A model generated the notes under the pieces. That model did no database searches, was not told where the DNA came from, and saw only the letters and a list, made by a program, of their open reading frames with translations. Below, in pieces: positions 36,018 through 46,031 of a stretch of 64,000 nt of DNA. The stretch lies in contig JADHYN010000006.1 in NCBI GenBank assembly GCA_016782425.1, positions 2,190 to 66,189 on the forward strand, in the 5' to 3' direction. Numbering within the stretch: the first letter of the stretch is position 1; the number at the start of each line of letters is the position of its first letter. A program made the translations under genes and the position numbers. Source of the stretch: Candidatus Omnitrophota bacterium. GTDB lineage: Bacteria > Omnitrophota > Gorgyraeia > JABMRN01 > RBG-13-46-9.

Positions 36018-37268
36018 ATGACGAAAAAGAAAGCGAACATAATCCGCATTATTGACGTTACAAATAGAGACGGCGTTCAGACATCGCGGCTTGGCCTTGC
36101 AAAACTGCAGAAGACCATGATAAACATGTATTTAAATGACATGGGTGTATACCAGAGCGAGTTTGGGTTTCCGGTTACCCACCACGAGACAAACTATCTG
36201 AACGCAAATTTGGAATTAGCCAAAAAAGGCGCTTTGAAGCCCATTGTCCTCGAGGGTTGGATAAGGGCTATCGAGGACGATGTTGTCACTGCCACCCAAA
36301 TGACGGATGTCAAGCACCTGAATCTCTCCATTTCCACTTCAGACCAGATGATCAAAGGAAAATTCAAGGGGAAATATACAAAAAAGGACGTTATTAAAAA
36401 CATGGTAAAGGCTGCCAAGGTTGCCAAAAGAAAGAACATAAAGACGATAGGTGTCAATGCCGAGGATGCTTCGCGAAGCGACATGAGCTATTTGATAGAA
36501 TTTTCACTAGCGGCAAAAGAAGCCGGCGCGACGAGAATCAGGTATTGCGATACGCTCGGATTCGATGACCCCTTCAGTATATACGAAAGGGTGGCGCATC
36601 TTGCGTCGAGTGTAGAATTGCCCATAGAGCTGCACTGCCACAACGATCTGGGTATGGTCGTGGCGTGTAGCATAGCAGGCGCAAAGGCTGCTATTGATTC
36701 AGGTGTAGATGCATACATAAATACAACTGTAAACGGCATGGGCGAGAGAGCCGGAAACGCCGATCTTGCCAGCGTTATTCTGGCGATTAAACATTCGAGC
36801 GGTTTCAGGGGTAAATATAAGCTGGACGAAAAAATAAACCTGAAGAAGGTATGGAAGATTGCCACCTACGCCTCATACGCATTCGGCATACCCATTCCGG
36901 TCAATCAAGTGGCGGTCGGGGCTAACGCTTTTGCGCACGAATCAGGCATACACGCCGACGGCGCTTTAAAGGACAGACGGAACTACGAACTTTACGACTA
37001 CGAAGAGCTTGGTCGCGGGGAGCCCGAGATTATAGATACCGGGAGAAAGATCACGGCGGGCGAATACAGCGGTATCAAAGGCTTTAGGAACGTTTATGAC
37101 AAATTGGAAATCAAGTTTAAAAACGAAAAACAGGCAGCGGAGATCCTGGAGCTTGTTCGTTACGCTAACGTTCACACGCAAAAGCCGCTTACCGAAGACG
37201 AGCTTCGTTTTATTGCGACCTACCCGGTGATAGCAAAGAAAATCTTTACCATGGCGCCGCTTAAGTAA
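36018..37268 (+). CDS. HMGL-like (isopropylmalate / homocitrate / citramalate synthase family) enzyme, specificity unknown
   Basis: TIM-barrel family features (HCHNDLGM, HESGIH), but the N-terminal substrate motif reads DVTNRDGVQT rather than DTTLRDGEQ. Start ATG 36018 has a GGTGAG RBS. Confidence 0.7.
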   Translation: MTKKKANIIRIIDVTNRDGVQTSRLGLAKLQKTMINMYLNDMGVYQSEFGFPVTHHETNYLNANLELAKKGALKPIVLEGWIRAIEDDVVTATQMTDVKHLNLSISTSDQMIKGKFKGKYTKKDVIKNMVKAAKVAKRKNIKTIGVNAEDASRSDMSYLIEFSLAAKEAGATRIRYCDTLGFDDPFSIYERVAHLASSVELPIELHCHNDLGMVVACSIAGAKAAIDSGVDAYINTTVNGMGERAGNADLASVILAIKHSSGFRGKYKLDEKINLKKVWKIATYASYAFGIPIPVNQVAVGANAFAHESGIHADGALKDRRNYELYDYEELGRGEPEIIDTGRKITAGEYSGIKGFRNVYDKLEIKFKNEKQAAEILELVRYANVHTQKPLTEDELRFIATYPVIAKKIFTMAPLK

Positions 37269-37317
37269 GCAATAAGCCGTAAGTTTCAAGCTATAGGTCC
37301 AGAGGAAAGGTAAAGGT

Positions 37318-38016
37318 ATGAAAAAGTACTCGATAGTTATTATTTTGCTTTTGGCATGCGCTTTCTTGTTTACACAGGCCTCTTTCGCCGAGGAAAAGGT
37401 AGGATTTGTAAAAAAGGTATGGCGGGATATTTTAGATCTTGTCAAAAAACCCGTTGAAGCAGTAATCCCTAAACCGACGCCTGAAGCGAAGCCGGAAACC
37501 AAGCCGGAAGTCGCCCTCGAAAGCAAACCCGAAACTGAATCCGAAGCCGGGGTTAAAGTCGAATTCGAGTCTAAAATCGAACCCGGAGCCGAACACAAAG
37601 TCGAAACTAAAGTATCCGGCATCAGTGAAACGCCGAAAGAAGAAATTATAGAGAGAATAAAAGGTATGCTGGAAGTTTCGCCGGAAGTACCGAATTTTAT
37701 CCCGGAGTTAAAAATTACCCGCGGTAAGGACGATGAAATCCTCAAGGTTGAATATAAGGTTGGCGGCGTATTAAAGGAAATAGAAGAACTGGAAAAAGAA
37801 ATTCTCATAAGAGTTTACAACCGCATAAACAATGAACGCATAAGGATACAGACCCAAAGAATTCAACGTCAGCTCGAAGCGATAAGGGCTTCACAGAATA
37901 TTCCGAAACCACCACCACCGGTTTATACCCCTCCGGTTATACCGAAGGCTCATAGACCGCCGCCTATGCCACCGAAGCCGCCGCCTACGCCGCCGAAGCC
38001 GCCGCCGCAAAGATAG
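37318..38016 (+). CDS. Secreted hypothetical protein with acidic KPE-rich region, helical middle and polyproline C-terminus
   Basis: Signal peptide MKKYSIVIILLLACAFLFTQASFA. PEAKPETKPEVALESKPETESE. C-terminal PKPPPPVYTPPVIPKAHRPPPMPPKPPPTPPKPPPQR. Confidence 0.6.
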   Translation: MKKYSIVIILLLACAFLFTQASFAEEKVGFVKKVWRDILDLVKKPVEAVIPKPTPEAKPETKPEVALESKPETESEAGVKVEFESKIEPGAEHKVETKVSGISETPKEEIIERIKGMLEVSPEVPNFIPELKITRGKDDEILKVEYKVGGVLKEIEELEKEILIRVYNRINNERIRIQTQRIQRQLEAIRASQNIPKPPPPVYTPPVIPKAHRPPPMPPKPPPTPPKPPPQR

Positions 38017-39309
<1,293 letters not shown>

Positions 39310-39313
39310 AAAG

Positions 39314-39375
39314 ATATAAGCTATAAGTGATGCGAAAATAGCCTGCAACCCATACGCAAATATAGCTTATAGCTA
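39314..39375. repeat. Imperfect hairpin built from AAGCTATAAG-family arms (TATAAGCTATAAGTGATGCG ... CGCAAATATAGCTTATAGCTA)
   Basis: TATAAGCTATA pairs with TATAGCTTATA, and TGCG with CGCA. It starts 5 nt after the purA stop. The left arm matches 48988..49003. Confidence 0.6.
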
Positions 39376-39393
39376 AATTAGGAAGAAGAAGTA

Positions 39394-41493
39394 ATGTTGA
39401 TACTCGCCCCCATAAGTTCGATAGCAGCGCTTTTATTCGCGAGTTTCCTGGTATACAGGATAATGAAAACATCGCCCGGCGATGAAAACATAAAAAGGAT
39501 ACAGAAGGCGATCCAGGAAGGCGCTACTTCTTACATAAAGAGGCAATATACCGTTATAAGCATTTTCTTCGCAATTGTTTTTGTTTTATTATTCACTTTA
39601 TCAAAGAAAGGTTACCTTCCTATATTTGTACCATTTGCGTTTCTGACCGGCGGATTTTTCAGCGGGCTTTCCGGGTTCATAGGCATGAAGGTGGCCACGC
39701 ACGCCAATGCGAGAACTACGAACGCCGCCAGGGAGAGTTTAAATAAGGGTCTCAGGGTTGCCTTTTCGAGCGGAACGGTAATGGGGCTTACGGTCGTAGG
39801 GTTAGGGCTTCTCGACCTTTCGATCTGGTATTACGTACTCGACTATTATTACACTCACATAAATATTGTATCCGATGCCGCGCTTCGAATACAGTACATA
39901 ACAAGCACCATGCTTACATTTGAGATGGGAGCGAGTCTAATGGCGCTTTTCGCGCGCGTGGGAGGCGGTATCTATACGAAAGCAGCGGACGTCGGAGCGG
40001 ACCTTGTGGGCAAGATCGAGGCGGGAATTCCGGAAGACGATCCGCGCAATCCCGCTGTTATTGCAGATAACGTCGGCGATAACGTCGGAGACATTGCGGG
40101 TATGGGCGCGGATTTATACGAGTCTTACGTGGGTTCCATCGTAGCGACGATGGTACTGGCTGTGGCCGGAGGCTTTGGTGTAAAAGGCGTCATGATTCCG
40201 CTTGTCCTGGCTTCCGCAGGGGTTATATCCAGCATTATCGGAACATTGTTTGTTAAAACAAGAGAAAAAGCCGAACAGGGAGAACTTTTACTTGCGCTAA
40301 GGAGAGGTATTTTCACGAGTGCAATTTTCATTGCAATATTTGCCTTTTTCATAATAAAAACGTTATTGCCGTATAACATGGGAGTTTATTGGGCCGTTCT
40401 TTCGGGACTTCTGGCGGGATTACTTATAGGTCTTTCAACCGAATTCTTTACCTCTGACAGATACGCGCCTACGCGCTCAATAGCAGAGGCTTCTTTGACA
40501 GGCGGTGCGCCTGTTATAATCAGAGGACTCGCCGTCGGCATGTTATCAACTGCTGTTCCGATTTTAACCGTAGGTGCTGCTATCCTGGCGAGCTATTATT
40601 TCGCATCGAGCGGTGTTGAATCGGCGTTCAAGTTCAGCGCCGGTCTTTACGGCGTGGGAATTGCCGCCGTAGGCATGCTTAGCACGCTCGGAATCACGCT
40701 CGCTACGGACGCGTACGGGCCTGTTGCAGATAATGCCGGAGGCATTGCCGAGATGTCACGCCAAGATCCCAAAGTAAGAGAACGTACAGATGCCCTGGAT
40801 GCACTGGGAAATACGACAGCGGCGACGGGAAAAGGGTTTGCCATCGGCAGCGCTGCCCTCACCGCCCTGGCATTAATAGCCGCCTACAGGGACGAAATAC
40901 ATTTGTTAGGCAAAGAGGTTACAGTGAGCCTTTTAAATCCGCAGGTAATGGTCGGATTGTTCATAGGAGGGATGTTGCCGTTTCTATTTTCCGCCCTAAC
41001 AATGAAAGCTGTTGGTAGGGCCGCTCAAACTATCGTCGAGGAAGTACGACGTCAGTTTAGAGAGATAAAAGGCCTCATAGAAGGAAAAGCCCAACCGGAT
41101 TACGCGCATTGCGTTTCGATATGTACGGGTGCGGCGCAAAAAGAAATGATTTTGCCGAGTATTCTGGCTATAACGAGTCCCATCGCAATAGGACTTTTAC
41201 TAGGCGCAGAAGCAGTCATAGGACTTTTAGTCGGAGCGTTGGTTTGCGGTTTTGTTGTTGCGATATTCATGGCCAATGCCGGCGGCGCATGGGACAACGC
41301 GAAAAAATACGTCGAAAAAGGTGCATTCGGCGGAAAGGGTTCCGCTTCTCATAAGGCATTGGTTGTAGGAGACACGGTGGGTGATCCGTTTAAGGATACT
41401 TCCGGGCCGAGTCTCAATATTTTAATAAAGCTCATGTCCATGGTTTCGGTGGTGTTTGCTTCCTTTATTCTGGCGAACACGCTGATAAAATAG
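39394..41493 (+). CDS. hppA: Membrane-bound proton/sodium-translocating pyrophosphatase
   Basis: [27 protein letters not shown] and [21 protein letters not shown] motifs. Ala in GNTTAA suggests the K+-dependent subfamily. Confidence 0.95.
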   Translation: MLILAPISSIAALLFASFLVYRIMKTSPGDENIKRIQKAIQEGATSYIKRQYTVISIFFAIVFVLLFTLSKKGYLPIFVPFAFLTGGFFSGLSGFIGMKVATHANARTTNAARESLNKGLRVAFSSGTVMGLTVVGLGLLDLSIWYYVLDYYYTHINIVSDAALRIQYITSTMLTFEMGASLMALFARVGGGIYTKAADVGADLVGKIEAGIPEDDPRNPAVIADNVGDNVGDIAGMGADLYESYVGSIVATMVLAVAGGFGVKGVMIPLVLASAGVISSIIGTLFVKTREKAEQGELLLALRRGIFTSAIFIAIFAFFIIKTLLPYNMGVYWAVLSGLLAGLLIGLSTEFFTSDRYAPTRSIAEASLTGGAPVIIRGLAVGMLSTAVPILTVGAAILASYYFASSGVESAFKFSAGLYGVGIAAVGMLSTLGITLATDAYGPVADNAGGIAEMSRQDPKVRERTDALDALGNTTAATGKGFAIGSAALTALALIAAYRDEIHLLGKEVTVSLLNPQVMVGLFIGGMLPFLFSALTMKAVGRAAQTIVEEVRRQFREIKGLIEGKAQPDYAHCVSICTGAAQKEMILPSILAITSPIAIGLLLGAEAVIGLLVGALVCGFVVAIFMANAGGAWDNAKKYVEKGAFGGKGSASHKALVVGDTVGDPFKDTSGPSLNILIKLMSMVSVVFASFILANTLIK

Positions 41494-41498
41494 TTGGC

Positions 41499-41527
41499 TT
41501 GACTATAAAATATATAAGTGCTATATT
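41499..41527 (+). promoter_or_regulatory. Sigma70-like promoter candidate TTGACT-17 nt-TATATT
   Basis: Lies in the 62-nt spacer upstream of the OmpA-like gene. An AAGGAGG RBS follows. Confidence 0.5.
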
Positions 41528-41555
41528 GTGTTGATATTAAACCAAGGAGGCCGTT

Positions 41556-42197
41556 ATGAAAAAGACAATGATATTGTTATCAGTAATCACGTTGCTTGTA
41601 ACGACAGGTTGCGCCATTAATATTTACAAAAAAAGCCCGAGGGATAAAGCCAAAATAGACCAGTTGAGCACCGAGGTCGAGAGATTAAGTGAACTGAGAG
41701 CGAGCGAAAAACAAGAATTTGAATCGATAAAAAGGGAACTGGAAAAACAGTTAAAGGGAAAGGTCGGTCTTGATCTGGGTGAAAGAGGCCTTGTTATAAC
41801 GCTTGCCGATAATATACTTTTTGATTCCGGCAAGGGCAAAATTAAAGAAAAGGCATATCCTATACTTGATAAAATAATAGCTGTAATAAGAGCGAAAGCC
41901 GTCGAGAAAAATATAGGCATAGAAGGACACACGGACAATGTACCGATTAAATATTCGGGATGGAAGTCCAACAGGGAGCTTTCAACGGCCAGGGCCAACA
42001 ATGTTTATCATTATCTTGTAAACGGCGGCCTCGAACCCTCGAAACTCACAACGATGGGATACGGCCAGTTTCGTCCCATTGCCACCAACGATAGCCCCGA
42101 AGGCAGGGCGAAGAACAGGCGCGTCGAGATAGTAATTCTTCCCCAATACCCCAAGAAGTCCATTGGCGAGTTTGAGGAACAGAATTGGGTAAAATAG
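41556..42197 (+). CDS. OmpA/MotB-domain lipoprotein (Pal-like)
   Basis: Lipobox LLVTTGC, a coiled-coil linker, and a C-terminal OmpA-like domain (GHTDNVP...NRELSTARA...NRRVEI). Confidence 0.8.
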   Translation: MKKTMILLSVITLLVTTGCAINIYKKSPRDKAKIDQLSTEVERLSELRASEKQEFESIKRELEKQLKGKVGLDLGERGLVITLADNILFDSGKGKIKEKAYPILDKIIAVIRAKAVEKNIGIEGHTDNVPIKYSGWKSNRELSTARANNVYHYLVNGGLEPSKLTTMGYGQFRPIATNDSPEGRAKNRRVEIVILPQYPKKSIGEFEEQNWVK

Positions 42198-42898
42198 ACC
42201 AATCGAAACTGCCAAAACACGTAGCCATCATACTGGATGGCAACGGTCGATGGGCGCGGAAGCGCCACCTTCCAAAGATAGCCGGCCATTATGCCGGTAT
42301 GAAAAGTGTAGAAGAAACAATAAAATCGGCAAAAGATATCGGCATAAAAATTTTAACCCTTTATGTCTTCAGCACGGAAAACTGGAAAAGACCCAAAAAA
42401 GAGGTAGATGCGCTCATGAAACTTTTGGAAGAGTATATCGACCTCAAGGCAGATAAATTAGCTAAAGAAGGCGTAAGGGTGCATGCGATAGGCAGGATAA
42501 GCCGTCTTCCGCGGGCAGTTCAGATAAAGCTGGGACAACTCGAAGAAAAGACCATAAACAATAAGTTGATTCTCGTAAACTTCGCGCTCAATTACGGAGC
42601 GAGAACCGAGATCGTGGACGCCGTAAAAAAGATATGCGAGGAAGCAAAGCGTGGGACTATTGATACCGACGATATTTCCGAAAATAATTTTTCCGACTAT
42701 CTTTATACAACCGGCATACCGGATCCGGACCTTCTCATCAGAACAAGCGGGGAAATGAGAATAAGTAATTTCCTGTTATGGCAGATTTCTTACGCTGAAA
42801 TTTATGTAACAAAGAAACTGTGGCCGGACTTTAAAAGACGAGATTTGAAAAGGGCCGTTCTGAATTACCAAAATAGAGAAAGAAGATATGGCGAATAA
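42185..42898 (+). CDS. uppS: Undecaprenyl diphosphate synthase
   Basis: HVAIILDGNGRWA, FSTENWKRP and RTSGEMRISNFLLWQ motifs. Confidence 0.95.
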   Translation: MGKIDQSKLPKHVAIILDGNGRWARKRHLPKIAGHYAGMKSVEETIKSAKDIGIKILTLYVFSTENWKRPKKEVDALMKLLEEYIDLKADKLAKEGVRVHAIGRISRLPRAVQIKLGQLEEKTINNKLILVNFALNYGARTEIVDAVKKICEEAKRGTIDTDDISENNFSDYLYTTGIPDPDLLIRTSGEMRISNFLLWQISYAEIYVTKKLWPDFKRRDLKRAVLNYQNRERRYGE

Positions 42899-43712
42899 TA
42901 TCTTAAAAAGGGTTATCACCTCTTTTGCTATAGTCTTTGCGGTGTGGGGCATAACGTTTCTTCTCCCGAGCTGGGCCTTCTGTCTTTTGGTAGTCCTTTT
43001 TATAGGATTTGCGCTTAATGAATTTTTTTCTATAGTAGAAAGCAAGGGACTTTTTGTCTATAAATACTTCGGGATCGTTGCGGGAATCACGCTCCCAATA
43101 GTTATATACCTCCATCTCGGCGAAGGCCACGCGAATCTGGAGCCGTTTTTTATCATTATCGCATGCCTTTTTACCTTTGTCCTTCAGCTGGTGAGAAAAG
43201 ACGGCGCGAAAGACCATCTTACGAGTATTGCGGTTACGCTTTTTGCGCTTTTTTACATAAGCTGGTTCTTTTCGTTTTTTATAAAGATAAAGTATTTGCC
43301 GGACGGGGCCAAGCTCGTAAGCTTTCTTATTGTCGTGACGAAAACAGGCGACATAGGCGCTTATTTCATAGGAAAAAAATTCGGCAAAAGCCCTCTAATC
43401 CCGCGCATAAGCCCCCTCAAGACAAAAGAAGGAGCAATCGGCGGGCTTGTTTTCAGCGTAGCATTTGCGGCTCTCTGTAAAGATTTCCTTGCGGACTTTT
43501 CGTATCCGCACGTTCTTTTACTCGGATTTCTATTAGCGATAATCGGGCAGGTTGGAGATCTGGCAGAAAGCCTTTTTAAGAGGGATTTTTACGTCAAAGA
43601 TTCGGGCGGGAATTTACCGGGGCTCGGCGGCGTGCTGGACTTAGTGGATAGCCTTCTTTTCACAGCTCCCATATTTTATTTCTACCTGAAAATTTTATCA
43701 TTCCCGTTATGA
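42888..43712 (+). CDS. cdsA: Phosphatidate cytidylyltransferase
   Basis: Multi-TM protein with the C-terminal signature SLFKRDFYVKDSGGNLPGLGGVLD. Confidence 0.85.
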   Translation: MANNILKRVITSFAIVFAVWGITFLLPSWAFCLLVVLFIGFALNEFFSIVESKGLFVYKYFGIVAGITLPIVIYLHLGEGHANLEPFFIIIACLFTFVLQLVRKDGAKDHLTSIAVTLFALFYISWFFSFFIKIKYLPDGAKLVSFLIVVTKTGDIGAYFIGKKFGKSPLIPRISPLKTKEGAIGGLVFSVAFAALCKDFLADFSYPHVLLLGFLLAIIGQVGDLAESLFKRDFYVKDSGGNLPGLGGVLDLVDSLLFTAPIFYFYLKILSFPL

Positions 43713-44851
43713 AAAAAGTCGTTATATTAGGTTCGACGGGTTCGGTAGGCAGAAATGCCCTCGGTGTCATAGCGAAAAATAAAGATGCCTTCAAGGTTGT
43801 CGGTCTTGCCGCACACAAAAACGTCAAACTCCTTGCCAGGCAGGCAAAGCGTTTTAAACCGCGCTTGTTGGCGCTCGGCGATGATTCGCAATATAATAAT
43901 TTAAAACACGAATTAAAAAAACCGCAAAAGATTCTTAAGGGCGCCGAAGGTATCCAGGAGATCGCGTCTATGCCGGAAGCAGACATAATTCTTGTTGCAA
44001 TAAGTGGAACATCCGGCATACTCCCCGTCATATCCGCCATCAAAGCAAAAAAACAAATCGCACTTGCCAACAAGGAATCGATAGTGAGTGCCGGAGAGAT
44101 CATCATGAGTATGGCAAGATCCCGCCGGGTGGAAATCATACCCGTCGATAGCGAACACAATTCCATATTTCAATGCATTAAGGAAGAAAAAAAGCGTGAC
44201 ATAAACAAGATTTTTCTCATGGGAACGGGCGGCCCTTTAAAGGATGTTTCTAAAAGCATTTTTAATAAATTGAAAGCTTCACGAATCCTGGCACACCCCG
44301 TATGGAGAATGGGTAAAAAAATATCGGTGGATTCGGCCACCATGATGAACAAGGGGCTTGAGGTTATTGAGGCAAGCCATCTTTTCGGCATGGAGGTTTC
44401 CATGATCAAGGTTCTCCTTCACCCCGAAGCTATTATACATTCAATGGTAGAGCTTACGGATGGAAACATAATTGCCAATCTTTTTTACCCCGATATGCGG
44501 ATACCCATTTCTTATGCCTTAAATTATCCGAGAAGAATACCGTCGAAATTGCCTAAAATTAATTTCTCAAAGATTAAAAATATCTCGTTTCAAATGCCCA
44601 ATAATAAAAAATTTCCTGCTCTCGAATTATGTTATAAAGCTGCCAGAAGGCGCGGCACATATCCTGCCTGCCTTAATAGTGCCAACGAAGAAGCCGTTAA
44701 ACTTTATTTGAAAGGAAAAATCAGTTTTACCGGTATCGTGAGTACCGTAAAAAAAGTATTGTCACGGCATAAAAATATCGTAGCACCCTCACTGGATGAG
44801 ATTCTTTATGTCGATAAATGGGCCAAGGAAGAGGTAAAAAGATCGTGTTGA
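43709..44851 (+). CDS. dxr: 1-deoxy-D-xylulose-5-phosphate reductoisomerase
   Basis: ILGSTGSVG, LANKESIV, DSEHNSIFQC and MNKGLEVIEA motifs. Confidence 0.95.
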   Translation: MKKVVILGSTGSVGRNALGVIAKNKDAFKVVGLAAHKNVKLLARQAKRFKPRLLALGDDSQYNNLKHELKKPQKILKGAEGIQEIASMPEADIILVAISGTSGILPVISAIKAKKQIALANKESIVSAGEIIMSMARSRRVEIIPVDSEHNSIFQCIKEEKKRDINKIFLMGTGGPLKDVSKSIFNKLKASRILAHPVWRMGKKISVDSATMMNKGLEVIEASHLFGMEVSMIKVLLHPEAIIHSMVELTDGNIIANLFYPDMRIPISYALNYPRRIPSKLPKINFSKIKNISFQMPNNKKFPALELCYKAARRRGTYPACLNSANEEAVKLYLKGKISFTGIVSTVKKVLSRHKNIVAPSLDEILYVDKWAKEEVKRSC

Positions 44852-45912
44852 CATTTTTGATTGTCCTGGTATTTTTTAGCATTTTGATAATCGTCCATGA
44901 GTTCGGGCACATGCTGATGGCAAAAAGGGTAGGCGTGAAAGTCGAGAGGTTTTCCTTGGGGTTAGGAAAGAAAGTCTTTGGCATTAAAAGAGGCGGTACA
45001 GAATACGTTATATCGGCTTTTCCGTTCGGAGGTTACGTGAAACTGGCCGGCGATAACCCGGTCGAATGCAAGGGAACGGCCGATGAATTTTTTTCAAAAA
45101 GCCCCCTCAAGCGTTTTTTAGTTATAATCGGCGGGCCTTTTACGAATTATATTTTTGCGTTTGTTCTTTTTACGGCTATTTTTATGATCGGCGTTCCATC
45201 TCTTACGACACGGGTCGGCAGGCTTCTTCCTGATTATCCCGCCCAAGTAAGCGGCGTAAAAGAAGGGGATTTAATCTTCGAAATAGACGGAAAAGAGGTT
45301 GTGTACTGGGAGGATCTCGTGGGGATTGTGCAAAAAGACACAAGAGGCATACCCCTGAAATTTAAGGTAAAAAGACGTTCGAGAATTCTGACCTTCTGGA
45401 TAGCGCCTAAGGTTATAAAAACAAAGAATATATTCGGCCAGGAAACAACCGTCGGGATGATAGGAATCGCCCCCAAAGAGGAAATAATATTCGTAAAACA
45501 CAATCTCCTCGAAGCAGTAACACTGGGTGGCAAAAGACTTATTGCGCTTACCAACCGCACGTATAAAGGGCTCTGGCTTCTTATAACAGGAGGGTTGCCC
45601 GTAAGAGAATCGCTAACCGGACCCATAGGAATAGCTTTTCTTATAGGCGAAGCGGCAAAACTTGGGATTGTGCACCTTCTAAGTCTCATGGCCTACATAA
45701 ATATAGCGCTTGCGGTCTTTAATCTTCTACCCTTTCCCATATTAGACGGTGGACATATCCTGTTTCTTGCGGTAGAGAAGTTACGCGGAAAGCCGCTTAG
45801 CGTTCGCACGCAGGAGACCGTAAGCCAGGTGGCGTTATATATTTTGATTGCCTTTGCACTTTTCGTAACCTGGAACGACATCACGAAATTCCTGCCTTTT
45901 ATGAGGAAGTAA
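44818..45912 (+). CDS. rseP: RIP metalloprotease RseP (site-2 protease, M50)
   Basis: HEFGHM zinc motif, internal PDZ domain, NLLPFPILDGGH. The true start may be the GTG at 44845, since ORF-track start 44818 overlaps dxr. Confidence 0.85.
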   Translation: MGQGRGKKIVLTFLIVLVFFSILIIVHEFGHMLMAKRVGVKVERFSLGLGKKVFGIKRGGTEYVISAFPFGGYVKLAGDNPVECKGTADEFFSKSPLKRFLVIIGGPFTNYIFAFVLFTAIFMIGVPSLTTRVGRLLPDYPAQVSGVKEGDLIFEIDGKEVVYWEDLVGIVQKDTRGIPLKFKVKRRSRILTFWIAPKVIKTKNIFGQETTVGMIGIAPKEEIIFVKHNLLEAVTLGGKRLIALTNRTYKGLWLLITGGLPVRESLTGPIGIAFLIGEAAKLGIVHLLSLMAYINIALAVFNLLPFPILDGGHILFLAVEKLRGKPLSVRTQETVSQVALYILIAFALFVTWNDITKFLPFMRK

Positions 45913-45915
45913 GTG

Positions 45916-46023
45916 AAATATCAAAAAGTAAATATCAAAAATCAAAAATGAATATAAAATATGCAAAAATATTTTTGGTTTTTAATCTGCGTTTTTGATA
46001 TTTGACTTTTGATTTTTGATTTA
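45916..46023. repeat. About 108-nt low-complexity hairpin whose arms are ATCAAAA(A)/TTTTGAT repeats, with central palindrome CAAAAATATTTTTG
   Basis: 45920..45941 ATCAAAAAGTAAATATCAAAAA pairs with 45992..46013 TTTTTGATATTTGACTTTTGAT (one indel, one mismatch). A perfect 14-nt palindrome lies at 45964..45977. Confidence 0.7.
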
Positions 46024-46031
46024 AAAATAAT

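Noticed and set aside
36966-37808. Long minus-strand ORFs: 36966..37808 (280 aa), 53646..54404 (252 aa), 9968..10666 (232 aa), 23911..24549 (212 aa), 13905..14474 (189 aa) and others.
   Set aside because: Each lies wholly antisense to a + strand gene with unmistakable family motifs. Their translations are low-complexity (Ser/Leu/Phe/Arg-rich) with no recognisable domains. They are typical shadow ORFs.
39394-41493. The membrane pyrophosphatase as something unusual.
   Set aside because: It is a standard full-length H+/Na+-PPase with all signature motifs. Only the subfamily (Ala in GNTTAA, suggesting the K+-dependent type) can be inferred, which is not novel.
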